From Escherichia coli (GTDB lineage Bacteria > Pseudomonadota > Gammaproteobacteria > Enterobacterales > Enterobacteriaceae), in NCBI RefSeq assembly GCF_001677475.2, contig NZ_CP015229.1: a stretch of 64,000 bases of DNA, one strand, 5' to 3'. Below are positions 44,998 through 54,755 of this stretch, one piece after another (the first letter of the stretch is position 1; every line of letters begins with the position of its first letter). The translations under genes and the position numbers were made by a program. The notes under the pieces were generated by a model. The model had not been told where the DNA came from, ran no database searches, and saw only the letters and a list, made by a program, of their open reading frames with translations.

Positions 44998-45015
44998 TAT
45001 TAAGAGGCGAGTATT

Positions 45016-45405
45016 ATGGGCTTCCCTTCTCCTGCGGCGGATTATGCTGAGAGCCGTATTTCTCTTGATCAGCAGATAATTAGACATCCTTCAGCGACCT
45101 ACTTCATGAGGGCAGCTGATAGTCATCACCGTGAGGGAATATTGCAGGGTGCTTTGCTGGTGGTTGATTCTTCGCTTACTCCAGTTGATGGTTCGCTGCT
45201 TGTCTGCGCTATGGAGGGTGAATATCGCATAAAGAGATACCGAAAGTATCCGCGTCAGCACCTTGAGGATTTAAGCACCGGGAAGAAAGAGGCGTTACCA
45301 GTAGATGACGATGGTTACACGGGTAGTAATGCTGTTTTTGGTGTGATCACTCATGTCATTAATGATGCCCGAAGTGGGGAATTTGATGATTGTCCGGTGA
45401 TTTAA
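45016..45405 (+). CDS. humD: UmuD-like S24 peptidase
   Basis: 129 aa; LexA/UmuD-type fold sequence; sits before phd-doc. Confidence 0.8.
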   Translation: MGFPSPAADYAESRISLDQQIIRHPSATYFMRAADSHHREGILQGALLVVDSSLTPVDGSLLVCAMEGEYRIKRYRKYPRQHLEDLSTGKKEALPVDDDGYTGSNAVFGVITHVINDARSGEFDDCPVI

Positions 45406-45440
45406 GCTGCAAAGTGCTGGTGCTTTATGCCTGTGAAGTT

Positions 45441-45470
45441 TATAATTGTGTACACATAACGAGTACACGA
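45441..45470. promoter_or_regulatory. phd-doc promoter/operator region
   Basis: tataat -10 followed by palindromes GTGTACAC and GAGTACAC. Confidence 0.45.
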
Positions 45471-45477
45471 GGTGTTT

Positions 45478-45699
45478 ATGCAATCCATTAACTTCCGTAC
45501 CGCGCGCGGCAACCTTTCTGAAGTGCTCAACAATGTTGAAGCCGGGGAAGAGGTTGAAATCACTCGCAGAGGCCGTGAGCCAGCAGTAATTGTCAGCAAG
45601 GCTACTTTCGAAGCCTACAAAAAAGCGGCGCTGGATGCCGAATTTGCATCCCTGTTTGACACCCTGGACTCCACCAACAAGGAACTGGTAAACCGATAA
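45478..45699 (+). CDS. phd: antitoxin Phd
   Basis: 73 aa [39 protein letters not shown]... matches P1 Phd as recalled. Confidence 0.95.
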
Positions 45700-46079
45700 T
45701 GAGGCATATATCACCGGAAGAACTTATTGCGCTTCATGATGCGAATATAAGCCGCTACGGCGGCCTGCCGGGAATGTCAGATCCGGGTAGGGCAGAGGCC
45801 ATTATCGGGAGAGTTCAGGCCAGAGTTGCCTACGAAGAGATCACCGACCTTTTCGAAGTCTCCGCCACCTACCTGGTGGCTACTGCGAGAGGGCATATAT
45901 TCAATGATGCCAATAAGCGTACCGCGCTAAACAGTGCGCTGCTATTTCTACGCCGTAACGGGGTGCAGGTATTTGATTCACCAGAACTGGCAGACCTTAC
46001 CGTAGGGGCTGCGACCGGAGAGATATCTGTATCTACTGTCGCCGCCACGTTACGTAGATTGTATGGTTCTGCGGAGTAG
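45699..46079 (+). CDS. doc: toxin Doc (Fic-fold)
   Basis: 126 aa, ATG overlaps phd stop; Fic-like [11 protein letters not shown] motif. Confidence 0.95.
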
Positions 46080-46083
46080 ATTA

Positions 46084-46263
46084 ATGGCACGTAAATACAA
46101 CAAATTGTCCCGTAGAGCGTTAAAGATGCTTCTTGATGGCGTGAGTCGCCGCGAGGTAAAGCAATACCTGGTTGGTAAGCAAATTGGTGCCAGGACCGCT
46201 ATTGCTGTGTTATGCCGTCAGGAAATGGTTGTGCTTAAACAGAAAATGCCGGGCAGCAGATAA
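46084..46263 (+). CDS. small HTH-like protein downstream of doc
   Basis: 59 aa from ATG 46084 (MARKYNKLSRRALKMLLDGVSRREV...). Confidence 0.4.
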   Translation: MARKYNKLSRRALKMLLDGVSRREVKQYLVGKQIGARTAIAVLCRQEMVVLKQKMPGSR

Positions 46264-46290
46264 AGCCCAATCAGTGATTAAAGGTGTGAT

Positions 46291-47334
46291 GTGAAAGCCG
46301 TAATTACTCCCTTTGTACAAAAAGAGCTTGGCCTCGCCACATTCAAAGTGGATCAGGAAGTCAGAAAGCTGGTGGAGGCTGGCCGTAAATTTATTATGGA
46401 GCCGGTGCCGCGTGAGTTAATCGAGCACATGGACGACGGCCTCGTTGTTTCCGAGCAAACCATGGCAACAAATGAGGCGTTGCAGCCGTTTTTTAACAGC
46501 GATGAACTGTTTCGCCGTATTGGTGGAATTGACGCGCTGGTGGCGTGGTTGCGCAGGAAAGAGGGGCGATGCCAGGCCGCAGATCGTAGTTGGTGTGACA
46601 ACCATATTGTCCACGCTGAACGAGACAATAGCGCGGTGTTGTTGTGCTGGCATCACGATAACCATTACCGGATGCGTGGTTTTAATGAGCTGAAAGAAAC
46701 GCTGCATAATAATCGCGTTAACTGGATGCTGGATGTCGCCCGTCAGGAAATGGGGCTTTCAGATGGCCATGATTTAAGTATTCAGGAACTGTGCTGGTGG
46801 GCTTTCATGCGCAACATGATGCACCTGATGCCGGAAGAAGTCTGCCGTATATCAATAAATAAGATGAAAGCTGCAACGCAGGATAGCGGACCTCTGAAAG
46901 AGGCGGATATTCGCCCGTATGACGATCGCGCTACAGCATATGTTCAGATGATGGAAGAACGCGCCGCGCCGATGCGTGCAAAAGTATGCCCTGTGGATGT
47001 TGACTCCGACCCAGGTATGGCGCATTTCAAAATACCAAAACTTCAATCGCTAAAATTGCCCGAGTACATGGACTTTGTGGCTTCCCGTCCATGCTGTGGC
47101 TGTGGAGCTGCGAGAGCTGGCGCTCACATTACGCCTTATATCGTTCGTCATAGTCGATTATGCGCGCATGACATTTACGCAATTCCTCTGTGCCAGTCAT
47201 GCCAGCGTGATATTGAGCGTGACCGCGATAATTGGGAGAAAACGCACGGCAGGCTGGCGATGCATCAACGATTGTTCTTTGATTACGCGCTTGGAGTCGG
47301 CGCTATCACAAGTCATTCGTCGTGTGTTAGATAA
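46291..47334 (+). CDS. hypothetical Cys-rich protein (P1 pdcB position)
   Basis: 347 aa; multiple Cys/His clusters. Confidence 0.55.
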   Translation: MKAVITPFVQKELGLATFKVDQEVRKLVEAGRKFIMEPVPRELIEHMDDGLVVSEQTMATNEALQPFFNSDELFRRIGGIDALVAWLRRKEGRCQAADRSWCDNHIVHAERDNSAVLLCWHHDNHYRMRGFNELKETLHNNRVNWMLDVARQEMGLSDGHDLSIQELCWWAFMRNMMHLMPEEVCRISINKMKAATQDSGPLKEADIRPYDDRATAYVQMMEERAAPMRAKVCPVDVDSDPGMAHFKIPKLQSLKLPEYMDFVASRPCCGCGAARAGAHITPYIVRHSRLCAHDIYAIPLCQSCQRDIERDRDNWEKTHGRLAMHQRLFFDYALGVGAITSHSSCVR

Positions 47335-47335
47335 A

Positions 47336-47352
47336 ATTGCTCTAATGCATTG
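47336..47352. promoter_or_regulatory. C1 operator upstream of lpa
   Basis: attgctctaatgcattg. Confidence 0.55.
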
Positions 47353-47422
47353 ATATTTCTTTAATCTAGTGTATTATATTGCACGTTGATTAGTTGACAT
47401 GGGCTAATCAGTAGGTGACAGG

Positions 47423-47875
47423 ATGTTACTTAACTGGCAGGGACGCCACTTCATGGAAATAAATCACTCACGAATAACATCGTATGAGATTGCGGATTAC
47501 ATGATCCGCACTAAATCTCTTCTATCAGCGAAAGAACTCGCAGCAATCCTTGAAAAGGAATACCCGCATCTGGATGTCGATAAGCGCGACGTTTATCTGC
47601 GCTTAAAGGCTATCGCTGTGTCTAAGTATTCGTCTGTTTTGATTGATGACAGTACACGCCCACGTAGATTTCAGATCCACTCTCTGAATCCTGAATTCTT
47701 TCGCCGCAGCCGCGCGCCGCGCCGGTTTGATGAAAAACTCCAGAACGAACTCTATATGACGCAGGACGAAAAGGAACGCCGGGAGCACCAGCCTTGGGTA
47801 ATGGCGCGTCAACTTTTCAATAAGGTGGCCCGTCAGCACCGTCATTACGGTAATGCCACATCCGCACGTATCTGA
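47423..47875 (+). CDS. lpa: late promoter activator Lpa-like protein
   Basis: 150 aa ORF directly upstream of pacA, aggtga RBS. Confidence 0.55.
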   Translation: MLLNWQGRHFMEINHSRITSYEIADYMIRTKSLLSAKELAAILEKEYPHLDVDKRDVYLRLKAIAVSKYSSVLIDDSTRPRRFQIHSLNPEFFRRSRAPRRFDEKLQNELYMTQDEKERREHQPWVMARQLFNKVARQHRHYGNATSARI

Positions 47876-47960
47876 TTGATTGCTTGCCCGTTCCGGGCCT
47901 TTTGACATGTGACTTTCGTTACCCTCGCGTCAAAAAGAGTTTTTACGAAAGGAAGCATAA

Positions 47961-49154
47961 GTGACCTGGGACGATCACAAGAAGAATTTTGCTCGCCTGG
48001 CGCGAGATGGTGGTTACACCATCGCACAGTATGCCGCCGAGTTTAATCTTAACCCTAATACCGCACGTCGTTATCTCCGTGCCTTCAAAGAAGACACCAG
48101 GACAGCGGACAGCCGCAAGCCAAATAAGCCAGTCAGGAAGCCACTAAAAAGCATGATCATTGATCACTCTAATGATCAACATGCAGGTGATCACATTGCG
48201 GCTGGAATAGCGAAAAAACAAAGAGTTAATGCCGTTGTCAGTGCCGCAGTCGAGAATGCGAAGCGCCAAAATAAGCGCATAAATGATCGTTCTGATGATC
48301 ATGACGTGATCACCCGTGCCCACCGGACCTTACGTGATCGCCTGGAACGCGACACCCTGGATGATGATGGTGAACGCTTTGAATTCGAAGCTGGCGATTA
48401 CCTGATAGATAACGTTGAAGCGCGGAAGGCCGCGCGCGCTATGTTGCGTCGGTCCGGGGCCGATGTTCTGGAAACCACTCTTCTGGAAAAGTCTCTTTCT
48501 CATCTCATTATGCTGGAGAACGCCAGGGATACGTGTATTCGCCTGGTGCAGGAAATGCGCGATCAGCAAAAAGACGATGATGAAGGTACTCCGCCTGAAT
48601 ACCGTATCGCGAGCATGCTAAACAGCTGTTCCGCGCAGATAAGCAGTCTGATCAACACCATTTACAGCATCCGGAATAACTATCGAAAAGAAAGCCGGGA
48701 GGCGGAAAAGCACGCTTTATCTATGGGGCAAGCTGGCATTGTTAAGCTGGCATACGAACGAAAGCGTGAAAATAACTGGTCAGTGCTGGAAGCAGCTGAA
48801 TTCATCGAGGCGCATGGTGGGAAAGTGCCGCCCCTGATGCTGGAGCAAATCAAAGCCGATCTGCGTGCTCCTAAGACCAATACCGATGATGAGGAAAGGC
48901 AAACTGCCGTCGGTGGCCCTTCTCTTGAAGATCTGGACAAAGTTGCGCGAGAACGGGCCGCCAACCGCCGCGCCGATGCCGCATTGTGGATTGAGCAACG
49001 TAGGGAAGAAATCGCCGATATCGTTGATACAGGCGGTTATGGAGATGTTGATACTGAAGGTGTATCAAACGAACCATGGCTGGAACAAGACCTGGACGAA
49101 GACGAGGAGGAAGACGAAGAAGTTACCCGCAAGCTATACGGGGATGATGATTAA
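47961..49154 (+). CDS. pacA: terminase small subunit PacA
   Basis: 397 aa, GTG start with aaaggaag RBS; contains the pac hexamer clusters. Confidence 0.85.
   Translation: MTWDDHKKNFARLARDGGYTIAQYAAEFNLNPNTARRYLRAFKEDTRTADSRKPNKPVRKPLKSMIIDHSNDQHAGDHIAAGIAKKQRVNAVVSAAVENAKRQNKRINDRSDDHDVITRAHRTLRDRLERDTLDDDGERFEFEAGDYLIDNVEARKAARAMLRRSGADVLETTLLEKSLSHLIMLENARDTCIRLVQEMRDQQKDDDEGTPPEYRIASMLNSCSAQISSLINTIYSIRNNYRKESREAEKHALSMGQAGIVKLAYERKRENNWSVLEAAEFIEAHGGKVPPLMLEQIKADLRAPKTNTDDEERQTAVGGPSLEDLDKVARERAANRRADAALWIEQRREEIADIVDTGGYGDVDTEGVSNEPWLEQDLDEDEEEDEEVTRKLYGDDD
48154..48310. other. pac: pac packaging site (seven TGATCR hexamers in 4+3 arrangement)
   Basis: TGATCA at 48154, 48161, 48172, 48186; TGATCG 48282, TGATCA 48294 and 48305. 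Confidence 0.85.
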
Positions 49155-50638
49155 TGGCCAGAAGTTGCGTAACGGATCCGCGTTGGCGCGAGCTGGTGGC
49201 GCTATATCGTTATGACTGGATTGCGGCGGCAGATGTTTTGTTCGGCAAAACACCTACCTGGCAGCAGGATCTGATTATTGAGTCTGTGCAGGAACAGGGT
49301 AGCAAGACATCTGTTTCGTCTGGTCACGGTACCGGGAAATCAGACATGACTTCTATCATGATCATGTTGTTCATAATCATGTATCCCGGTGCCCGCGCCA
49401 TTATCGTTGCGAACAAAATTCAGCAGGTAATGACCGGTATATTCAAGTACATCAAGATAAACTGGGCTACGGCCACCAGCCGTTTTCCATGGCTTGCTGA
49501 TTATTTTGTTCTGACAGAAACCGCTTTCTATGAGGTTACTGGTAAAGGTGTATGGACTGTAGTACCGAAGGGCTTTCGTCTGGGAAGTGAAGAAGCTCTC
49601 GCTGGTGAACACGCAGACCATCTTCTGTATATTATCGATGAAGCCTCCGGTGTCAGTGATAGAGCTTTCGGTATCATCACCGGTGCTCTTACCGGACAGG
49701 ATAACCGCATCTTATTGCTGTCACAGCCTACACGCCCAAGCGGCTATTTCTACGATACTCACCATAAACTGGCCAAGCGTCCTGGTAACCCTGATGGCGT
49801 TTATACGGCGATCACGCTTAACAGTGAGGAATCACCGCTGGTAACGCCAGCATTTATCAAAATGAAGCTGGCGGAGTACGGCGGGCGTGATAACCCTATG
49901 TACATGATTAAGGTACGCGGCCTATTCCCTAAATCACAGGATGGCTTCCTTCTTGGACGTGATGAGGTTGAACGTGCAACGCGGCGGAAAGTCAAGATTG
50001 CCAAAGGATGGGGCTGGCTTGCATGTGTGGACGTTGCTGGTGGTACGGGACGGGATAAGTCCGTTATCAATATCATGATGGTGTCCGGCCAGCGAAATAA
50101 ACGCCGTGTAATCAACTATCGAATGCTGGAATACACAGACGTTACAGAAACGCAGCTTGCTGCCAAAATTTTCGCAGAATGTAATCCTGAGCGATTCCCC
50201 AATATCACCATAGCGATAGACGGCGATGGCCTGGGTAAAGCAACGGCGGATCTGATGTACGAGTATTATGGTATTACCGTACAGCGTATACGCTGGGGTA
50301 AAAAGATGCATAGCCGTGAAGATAAGAGCCTGTACTTTGATAAACGTGCTTATGCCAACGTTCAAGCCGCAGAGGCCGTAAAATCTGGTCGTATGAGACT
50401 GGATAAGGGTAATGAAACTATTGAGGAAGCGTCGAAAATCCCTGTAGGGATTAACTCCGCAGGTCAATGGAAGGTGATGAGTAAGGAGGATATGAAGAAA
50501 AAACTCAACCTGCACTCACCAGACCATTGGGATACATATTGTTTCGCTATGCTGGCGGATTATGTTCCCCAGGATGAAGTGCTTAGCGTCGAAGACGAAG
50601 CGCAGGTTGATGAAGCTCTGGCATGGCTTAATGAATGA
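49154..50638 (+). CDS. pacB: terminase large subunit PacB
   Basis: 494 aa, overlaps pacA stop. Confidence 0.85.
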   Translation: MARSCVTDPRWRELVALYRYDWIAAADVLFGKTPTWQQDLIIESVQEQGSKTSVSSGHGTGKSDMTSIMIMLFIIMYPGARAIIVANKIQQVMTGIFKYIKINWATATSRFPWLADYFVLTETAFYEVTGKGVWTVVPKGFRLGSEEALAGEHADHLLYIIDEASGVSDRAFGIITGALTGQDNRILLLSQPTRPSGYFYDTHHKLAKRPGNPDGVYTAITLNSEESPLVTPAFIKMKLAEYGGRDNPMYMIKVRGLFPKSQDGFLLGRDEVERATRRKVKIAKGWGWLACVDVAGGTGRDKSVINIMMVSGQRNKRRVINYRMLEYTDVTETQLAAKIFAECNPERFPNITIAIDGDGLGKATADLMYEYYGITVQRIRWGKKMHSREDKSLYFDKRAYANVQAAEAVKSGRMRLDKGNETIEEASKIPVGINSAGQWKVMSKEDMKKKLNLHSPDHWDTYCFAMLADYVPQDEVLSVEDEAQVDEALAWLNE

Positions 50639-50640
50639 AT

Positions 50641-50658
50641 ATTTGCTCTAATAAATTG
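50641..50658. promoter_or_regulatory. C1 operator immediately after pacB
   Basis: atttgctctaataaattg. Confidence 0.6.
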
Positions 50659-50734
50659 TGTTTTTTAACTACCGATGTTACATTGAACCTGACCTCTTGC
50701 GCCTTGAGGCATTTTCGGTTTATGCTGATCAGGC

Positions 50735-50811
50735 ACCTCATTAAAACGGGTGCCGGGATTGGCCTCCCGCTTAAGTCTAAGGCGATACAGACGCCGCTCG
50801 CGTCTTTTTTT
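50735..50811 (+). ncRNA. second c4-type antisense RNA candidate with different loop; ends approximate
   Basis: hairpin cggga-ttggcc-tcccg (50754-50769) then gacgc-cgctc-gcgtc + T7 (50790-50811); loop complementary to ggccaa at 50895-50900. Confidence 0.4.
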
Positions 50812-50976
50812 GTATCGGCGTACACGCACACCTCTACAATGGTGGGCTGTATGGGGCTACCTTCGGGTAGGCTGGTTACCTTGGACGCCAGTAAGGCCAA
50901 CTCCGTACAGTCCACCGCCAGCAAGATTGGTCTCTTCTGCGGTGGTTACATACCAACGTCTAAGGAGGCTGCCATT

Positions 50977-51198
50977 ATGGCTACTACCCCTACCCCAGCT
51001 CACCCTGAATTCATCTGGCGCTTTTACTCCTGCCAGAAACGTCACTATCACTTCGTTATCGCACCAACAGAAGATGAGGCACGTTCTCAGCTTCCGGATG
51101 CTCCCTGTATTTTCTCCGCCCGTTTTTCTACCGATTTGCGCAATTCTCTCAGTTACTGGTGCCCCCCTGTAAACGCTTGTGCTCAGGAGGGACTATGA
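50977..51198 (+). CDS. Icd-like small protein, paralog of 2813-3034
   Basis: 73 aa MATTPTPAHPEFIWRFYSCQKRHYHF..., taaggagg RBS, stop overlaps next ATG. Confidence 0.65.
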   Translation: MATTPTPAHPEFIWRFYSCQKRHYHFVIAPTEDEARSQLPDAPCIFSARFSTDLRNSLSYWCPPVNACAQEGL

Positions 51199-52310
51199 GA
51201 ACGTCATTAGTCACCCGTGAAGAGATGATCGAGGCAATTGAACAGCACACTGCTTGTATCAGTACCAGGGATATACCAGGCGTTATAGCCAACTACTTCA
51301 TGATCACCAAACAACTTTACCGGAGAAAGGACAAGAACGCGGTTCACCGCATCCTGCTGTCTGATATCCGCGAATACCTGCTCGAACAGGGGCATCTGAA
51401 TTACGCAACCGTCGCAGCCGAAACACGCAAGGAGGCACACAGAATGAAAGCAACTAACGTTAAATCAGAAAAAGTTCATGCACCTTCAGTTCAGGAGTCA
51501 GAGCTGGTGGTTGTTCAGAATCAGTCTGATGAAATTCCCGTTCTGGAATGGCTGGGAGTGCGTGTAGTGACAACCAAGATCCTTGCTAAGGGGTATGGGA
51601 CCGATGCGGATAACATCAAGAAGAACTTTTCCCGTAATGCTGAACGTTTTTGTGAAGGCAAGCATTTCTATAAAGTTATTGGAGATGATTTGAACAATTT
51701 GCGGGTGACTTTAAGTAACTCACAAAATCCCATCTCTCCTAAAGCCCGCTCACTCATCCTCTGGACGGAACGAGGAGCTGCCCGTCACGCAAAAATGCTC
51801 GAAACAGATCAGGCATGGGCATTCTTTGAAAAACTGGAAGACAGCTACTTCCGACAAAAAGAACAGCAACCGATCGCAATCCCCCAGACGCTTCCAGAAG
51901 CTCTGCGCCTGGCTGCCGAGCTGGCTGAACAAAAGCAACTTCTGGAACAGAAAACCCACCAGCTAAATCAGCAGCTGGTGGCCGCAGCCCCTAAAGTCGA
52001 TTTTGCCGACCGGGTATCAGTGGCTAAGGGGATCCTGATTGGGAATTTTGCAAAGGTTGTTGGACTTAAGCAAAATGCGCTGTTTGCCTGGTTACGGGAG
52101 AACGGCATCCTGATTGCGTCCGGCGGACGTAAAAATGTACCGTTTCAGCAGTACATAAACGCCGGATATTTCACAGTGAGAGAAGTGGTGCTGGATGATG
52201 AAGATGGCTATCAGATACGGCTGACGCCTCAATTAACGGGGAAAGGCCAACAGTGGTTGACGCGTAAACTGCTCGATGCTGGCTTGTTAAAACCGGTGGC
52301 GGCTGAATAA
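51195..52310 (+). CDS. antirepressor-like protein (Ant N-terminus, Bro-N-like middle, KilAC C-terminus)
   Basis: 371 aa from ATG 51195 (ORF track starts earlier at 51159); N- and C-terminal blocks shared with Ant1. Confidence 0.7.
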   Translation: MRTSLVTREEMIEAIEQHTACISTRDIPGVIANYFMITKQLYRRKDKNAVHRILLSDIREYLLEQGHLNYATVAAETRKEAHRMKATNVKSEKVHAPSVQESELVVVQNQSDEIPVLEWLGVRVVTTKILAKGYGTDADNIKKNFSRNAERFCEGKHFYKVIGDDLNNLRVTLSNSQNPISPKARSLILWTERGAARHAKMLETDQAWAFFEKLEDSYFRQKEQQPIAIPQTLPEALRLAAELAEQKQLLEQKTHQLNQQLVAAAPKVDFADRVSVAKGILIGNFAKVVGLKQNALFAWLRENGILIASGGRKNVPFQQYINAGYFTVREVVLDDEDGYQIRLTPQLTGKGQQWLTRKLLDAGLLKPVAAE

Positions 52311-52316
52311 TGGAAG

Positions 52317-52340
52317 AATGCCCGGTTGATGCCGGGCATA
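52317..52340. terminator. bidirectional terminator between ant-like gene and c1
   Basis: atgcccgg-ttgat-gccgggcat. Confidence 0.55.
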
Positions 52341-52342
52341 AT

Positions 52343-53194
52343 TTATTGCGCGCTTTCGGGGTTGTCGTTTACTGGCTGCCCCTTCTTAGTTTTACGGCTG
52401 CGCGTAACTGATGCGGCTGACTTAACCTTTTTCTCTTCGCGAGTGATGGCAATTTGTTTTTTTACATTTTCAATATCTGCCAGGCGATATATTTTTGCTT
52501 GCGGCCAGCGGTCGCAGATGATCGGTTCTATGGAGTCATAAAGGCTAAATTTTGCTTTTTCGAATTCACCGTTGATGATAATTCCATCACGGAGAGTTTC
52601 ATCGCAGATAAACACGCCACACAGTGGCACATGGTAACTAACTGATTTACCATCATTGTAGTTAGGGCTACTGGAAATGTAGTGGACGCGCAGCATTGTT
52701 TCGCTAAAGCCGTGTACGCGCATACGGAATTTTTCATCCTCTGGGTACTGCTTCATTAGCTCTTTTGTTGCTTCCAGGTTCTCTATGTATTTCGCACTGT
52801 GCTCATTGATCCCCGCGCTTTTTTGGATGCGAATGTCCTTATCAATCAGATGAATAATGCGGCCAGCGGTCATGTTGACGCTGTTCACAGCTTCTGTCTG
52901 ATAAGTCGTAACCTTACGTACACCGCGAAGGATGTTAGGCACAGGATATAAAATAGTCTTTGGGATATTGAGGTCTGGGTACTGTTCCAGTTCCCGCGCC
53001 ATTAAAGTCCATTTATCAATTTCAGCCTGAATGCTGTCTGTTTCTTTGAACGGTAGAACGACAACCGGGCGTACAGGACGACCGTCGCTGGCGGCATCAA
53101 CGTGTTGGGCGCGTGCAACAGCTTTTTTTAGAAAGAGATCCCTGAAGCTGACGAACTCCTGGTACAGTTGTTCGCCGTAGACATAATTTATCAT
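52343..53194 (-). CDS. c1: C1 primary immunity repressor
   Basis: 283 aa; length and sequence match P1 C1 as recalled; C1 operator matches across window. Confidence 0.9.
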   Translation of the reverse strand: MINYVYGEQLYQEFVSFRDLFLKKAVARAQHVDAASDGRPVRPVVVLPFKETDSIQAEIDKWTLMARELEQYPDLNIPKTILYPVPNILRGVRKVTTYQTEAVNSVNMTAGRIIHLIDKDIRIQKSAGINEHSAKYIENLEATKELMKQYPEDEKFRMRVHGFSETMLRVHYISSSPNYNDGKSVSYHVPLCGVFICDETLRDGIIINGEFEKAKFSLYDSIEPIICDRWPQAKIYRLADIENVKKQIAITREEKKVKSAASVTRSRKTKKGQPVNDNPESAQ

Positions 53195-53290
53195 TGATCC
53201 TCCTCCAGAATTGACATGGTCAATAACGCCCGGCTGAGAAAACCGGTCATTACTGACCTATATTATAGAGGGATCAAACAAAAATAATAG

Positions 53291-53304
53291 ATTTATTAGT
53301 GCAT
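53291..53304. promoter_or_regulatory. C1 operator variant upstream of c1
   Basis: atttattagtgcat, inverted variant of the operator. Confidence 0.4.
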
Positions 53305-53514
53305 TTATTGTGAGTCTAACTGGTTAGTTGCCATGAGATATTCGATTGTGTCAGTGAGGTCATCCAGGTCGTCTTGGGTGATGCGGTACTCCTGATTGGA
53401 TATCTTTGAGTAGTGTTCAGCAATGGCGCGAGCAGCGTCGGTTTCGGCGGGGTCTACAGATAAAGCGTTAGAGCAATGTCTAACATCGTCGATGGTTGGT
53501 GGAATGAAAGCCAT
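53305..53514 (-). CDS. coi: C1 inactivator Coi
   Basis: 69 aa directly upstream of c1. Confidence 0.75.
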   Translation of the reverse strand: MAFIPPTIDDVRHCSNALSVDPAETDAARAIAEHYSKISNQEYRITQDDLDDLTDTIEYLMATNQLDSQ

Positions 53515-53754
53515 AATTATGCCTCACTGTATTGACAACACAGAGCCTGAAGCTCTGACCTACTGTTTCACCCATGTTCCATGCTGGGGTTATCTATCAA
53601 CATTGCGCTGTGTGTAAGATGAGCAATGCATAGCTGTAATGCCGTTGTATAAGGTTTCCCTGTTTGCTCATTTCCTTCTGAGCCGCTCTACAACGCTGAA
53701 GACACATTAAATAGTGAATCCAAAGTCGTATTACGAAACGGTGGCAAAACTATA

Positions 53755-53770
53755 ATTTATTAGAGCAATT
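53755..53770. promoter_or_regulatory. C1 operator (inverted orientation)
   Basis: aatttattagagcaat. Confidence 0.6.
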
Positions 53771-53835
53771 GTCAAACAACTATGAAAAACAATCCAGTTT
53801 TTGGCTGGTGGAGTGGGATTTATCTCTCAAAATAT

Positions 53836-53852
53836 ATTGCTCTAATAATTCT
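53836..53852. promoter_or_regulatory. C1 operator
   Basis: attgctctaataattct. Confidence 0.6.
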
Positions 53853-53894
53853 TGTTTTTTATGCGCAGCTGGACGTAAACTCCTCTTCAGACCT

Positions 53895-53928
53895 AATAAC
53901 TTCGTATAGCATACATTATACGAAGTTA
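53895..53928. other. loxP: loxP recombination site
   Basis: exact ATAACTTCGTATA-GCATACAT-TATACGAAGTTAT. Confidence 0.98.
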
Positions 53929-54118
53929 TCTTAAGGGTTATTGAACATGATCAATTTACCTGTAAATCCATACAGTTCAATACCTTATCAGGTCAAATAG
54001 TGATCACTTGATCATTTGATCAAGGTTGCGCTACGTAAAATCTGCGAAATGTTGGCAGTGTTAGTGCTCCAGATTTCGCGTAGCGCACTTAGCACCACCA
54101 ATCAATCAGAGGTGAAAA

Positions 54119-54340
54119 ATGGGATATTCAGCTGCTAAAGTGTCCACTCATCTTGAGCTTGAGAAAAACCGTGGTTACTGGCGGGCAAAAGGGTTTGAGC
54201 GTGATAGTTACCAACTGTCATTATCTCGCGGTGAAGAGAAAATAGAACGCACGCGCGGTCGCTGGCGTTTCTATGACGAGAACCATAAACAGGTAAAGGC
54301 AGATCCAATCCTGTACACTCTGCTGAAAACAATAATTTAA
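54119..54340 (+). CDS. hypothetical protein between loxP and cre
   Basis: 73 aa ORF, aggtga RBS. Confidence 0.4.
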   Translation: MGYSAAKVSTHLELEKNRGYWRAKGFERDSYQLSLSRGEEKIERTRGRWRFYDENHKQVKADPILYTLLKTII

Positions 54341-54359
54341 CTTGATCATGAGGTGATGC

Positions 54360-54755
54360 ATGTTTAATAGCCTGACGGATGCCAAGGTAAACGCCTTACT
54401 TAAGGACGCAAAACAAAAAGCTGCTAACCCTGGAACGAGTGAAAATGAACGTGCTATGGCCGTTGCAATTTGGGAGTTAGCAGAAGAAGTAAAGCGAAAC
54501 CGCATGCAGTACACTCGGGTTTACCAGCAATTTGATGGTGCAAGCTGGAAAGATATCGAAGAGGCTGAATATTCAGCATGCAAAGAAGAAAAAAAGACTG
54601 TTCGGATTTTGCATGAAGCAGCAACTCCAATCACTGTAGAAATCCCCGATCACAGATATTTCGAGAACGATGATCTACCTGGGGATGTGATTCGAATTAT
54701 TGATGAGATACTTCATGAACAAGGCTTAACTGTTAAAATTACGCATAATAAATGA
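54360..54755 (+). CDS. hypothetical protein, stop overlaps cre start
   Basis: 131 aa; ATGA overlap with cre ATG at 54752. Confidence 0.45.
   Translation: MFNSLTDAKVNALLKDAKQKAANPGTSENERAMAVAIWELAEEVKRNRMQYTRVYQQFDGASWKDIEEAEYSACKEEKKTVRILHEAATPITVEIPDHRYFENDDLPGDVIRIIDEILHEQGLTVKITHNK

Noticed and set aside
51159-51194. Upstream extension of the ant-like ORF (start at 51159)
   Set aside because: The ATG at 51195 overlaps the icd-like stop as ATGA, exactly as in the first module; the extension lies inside the icd-like gene.
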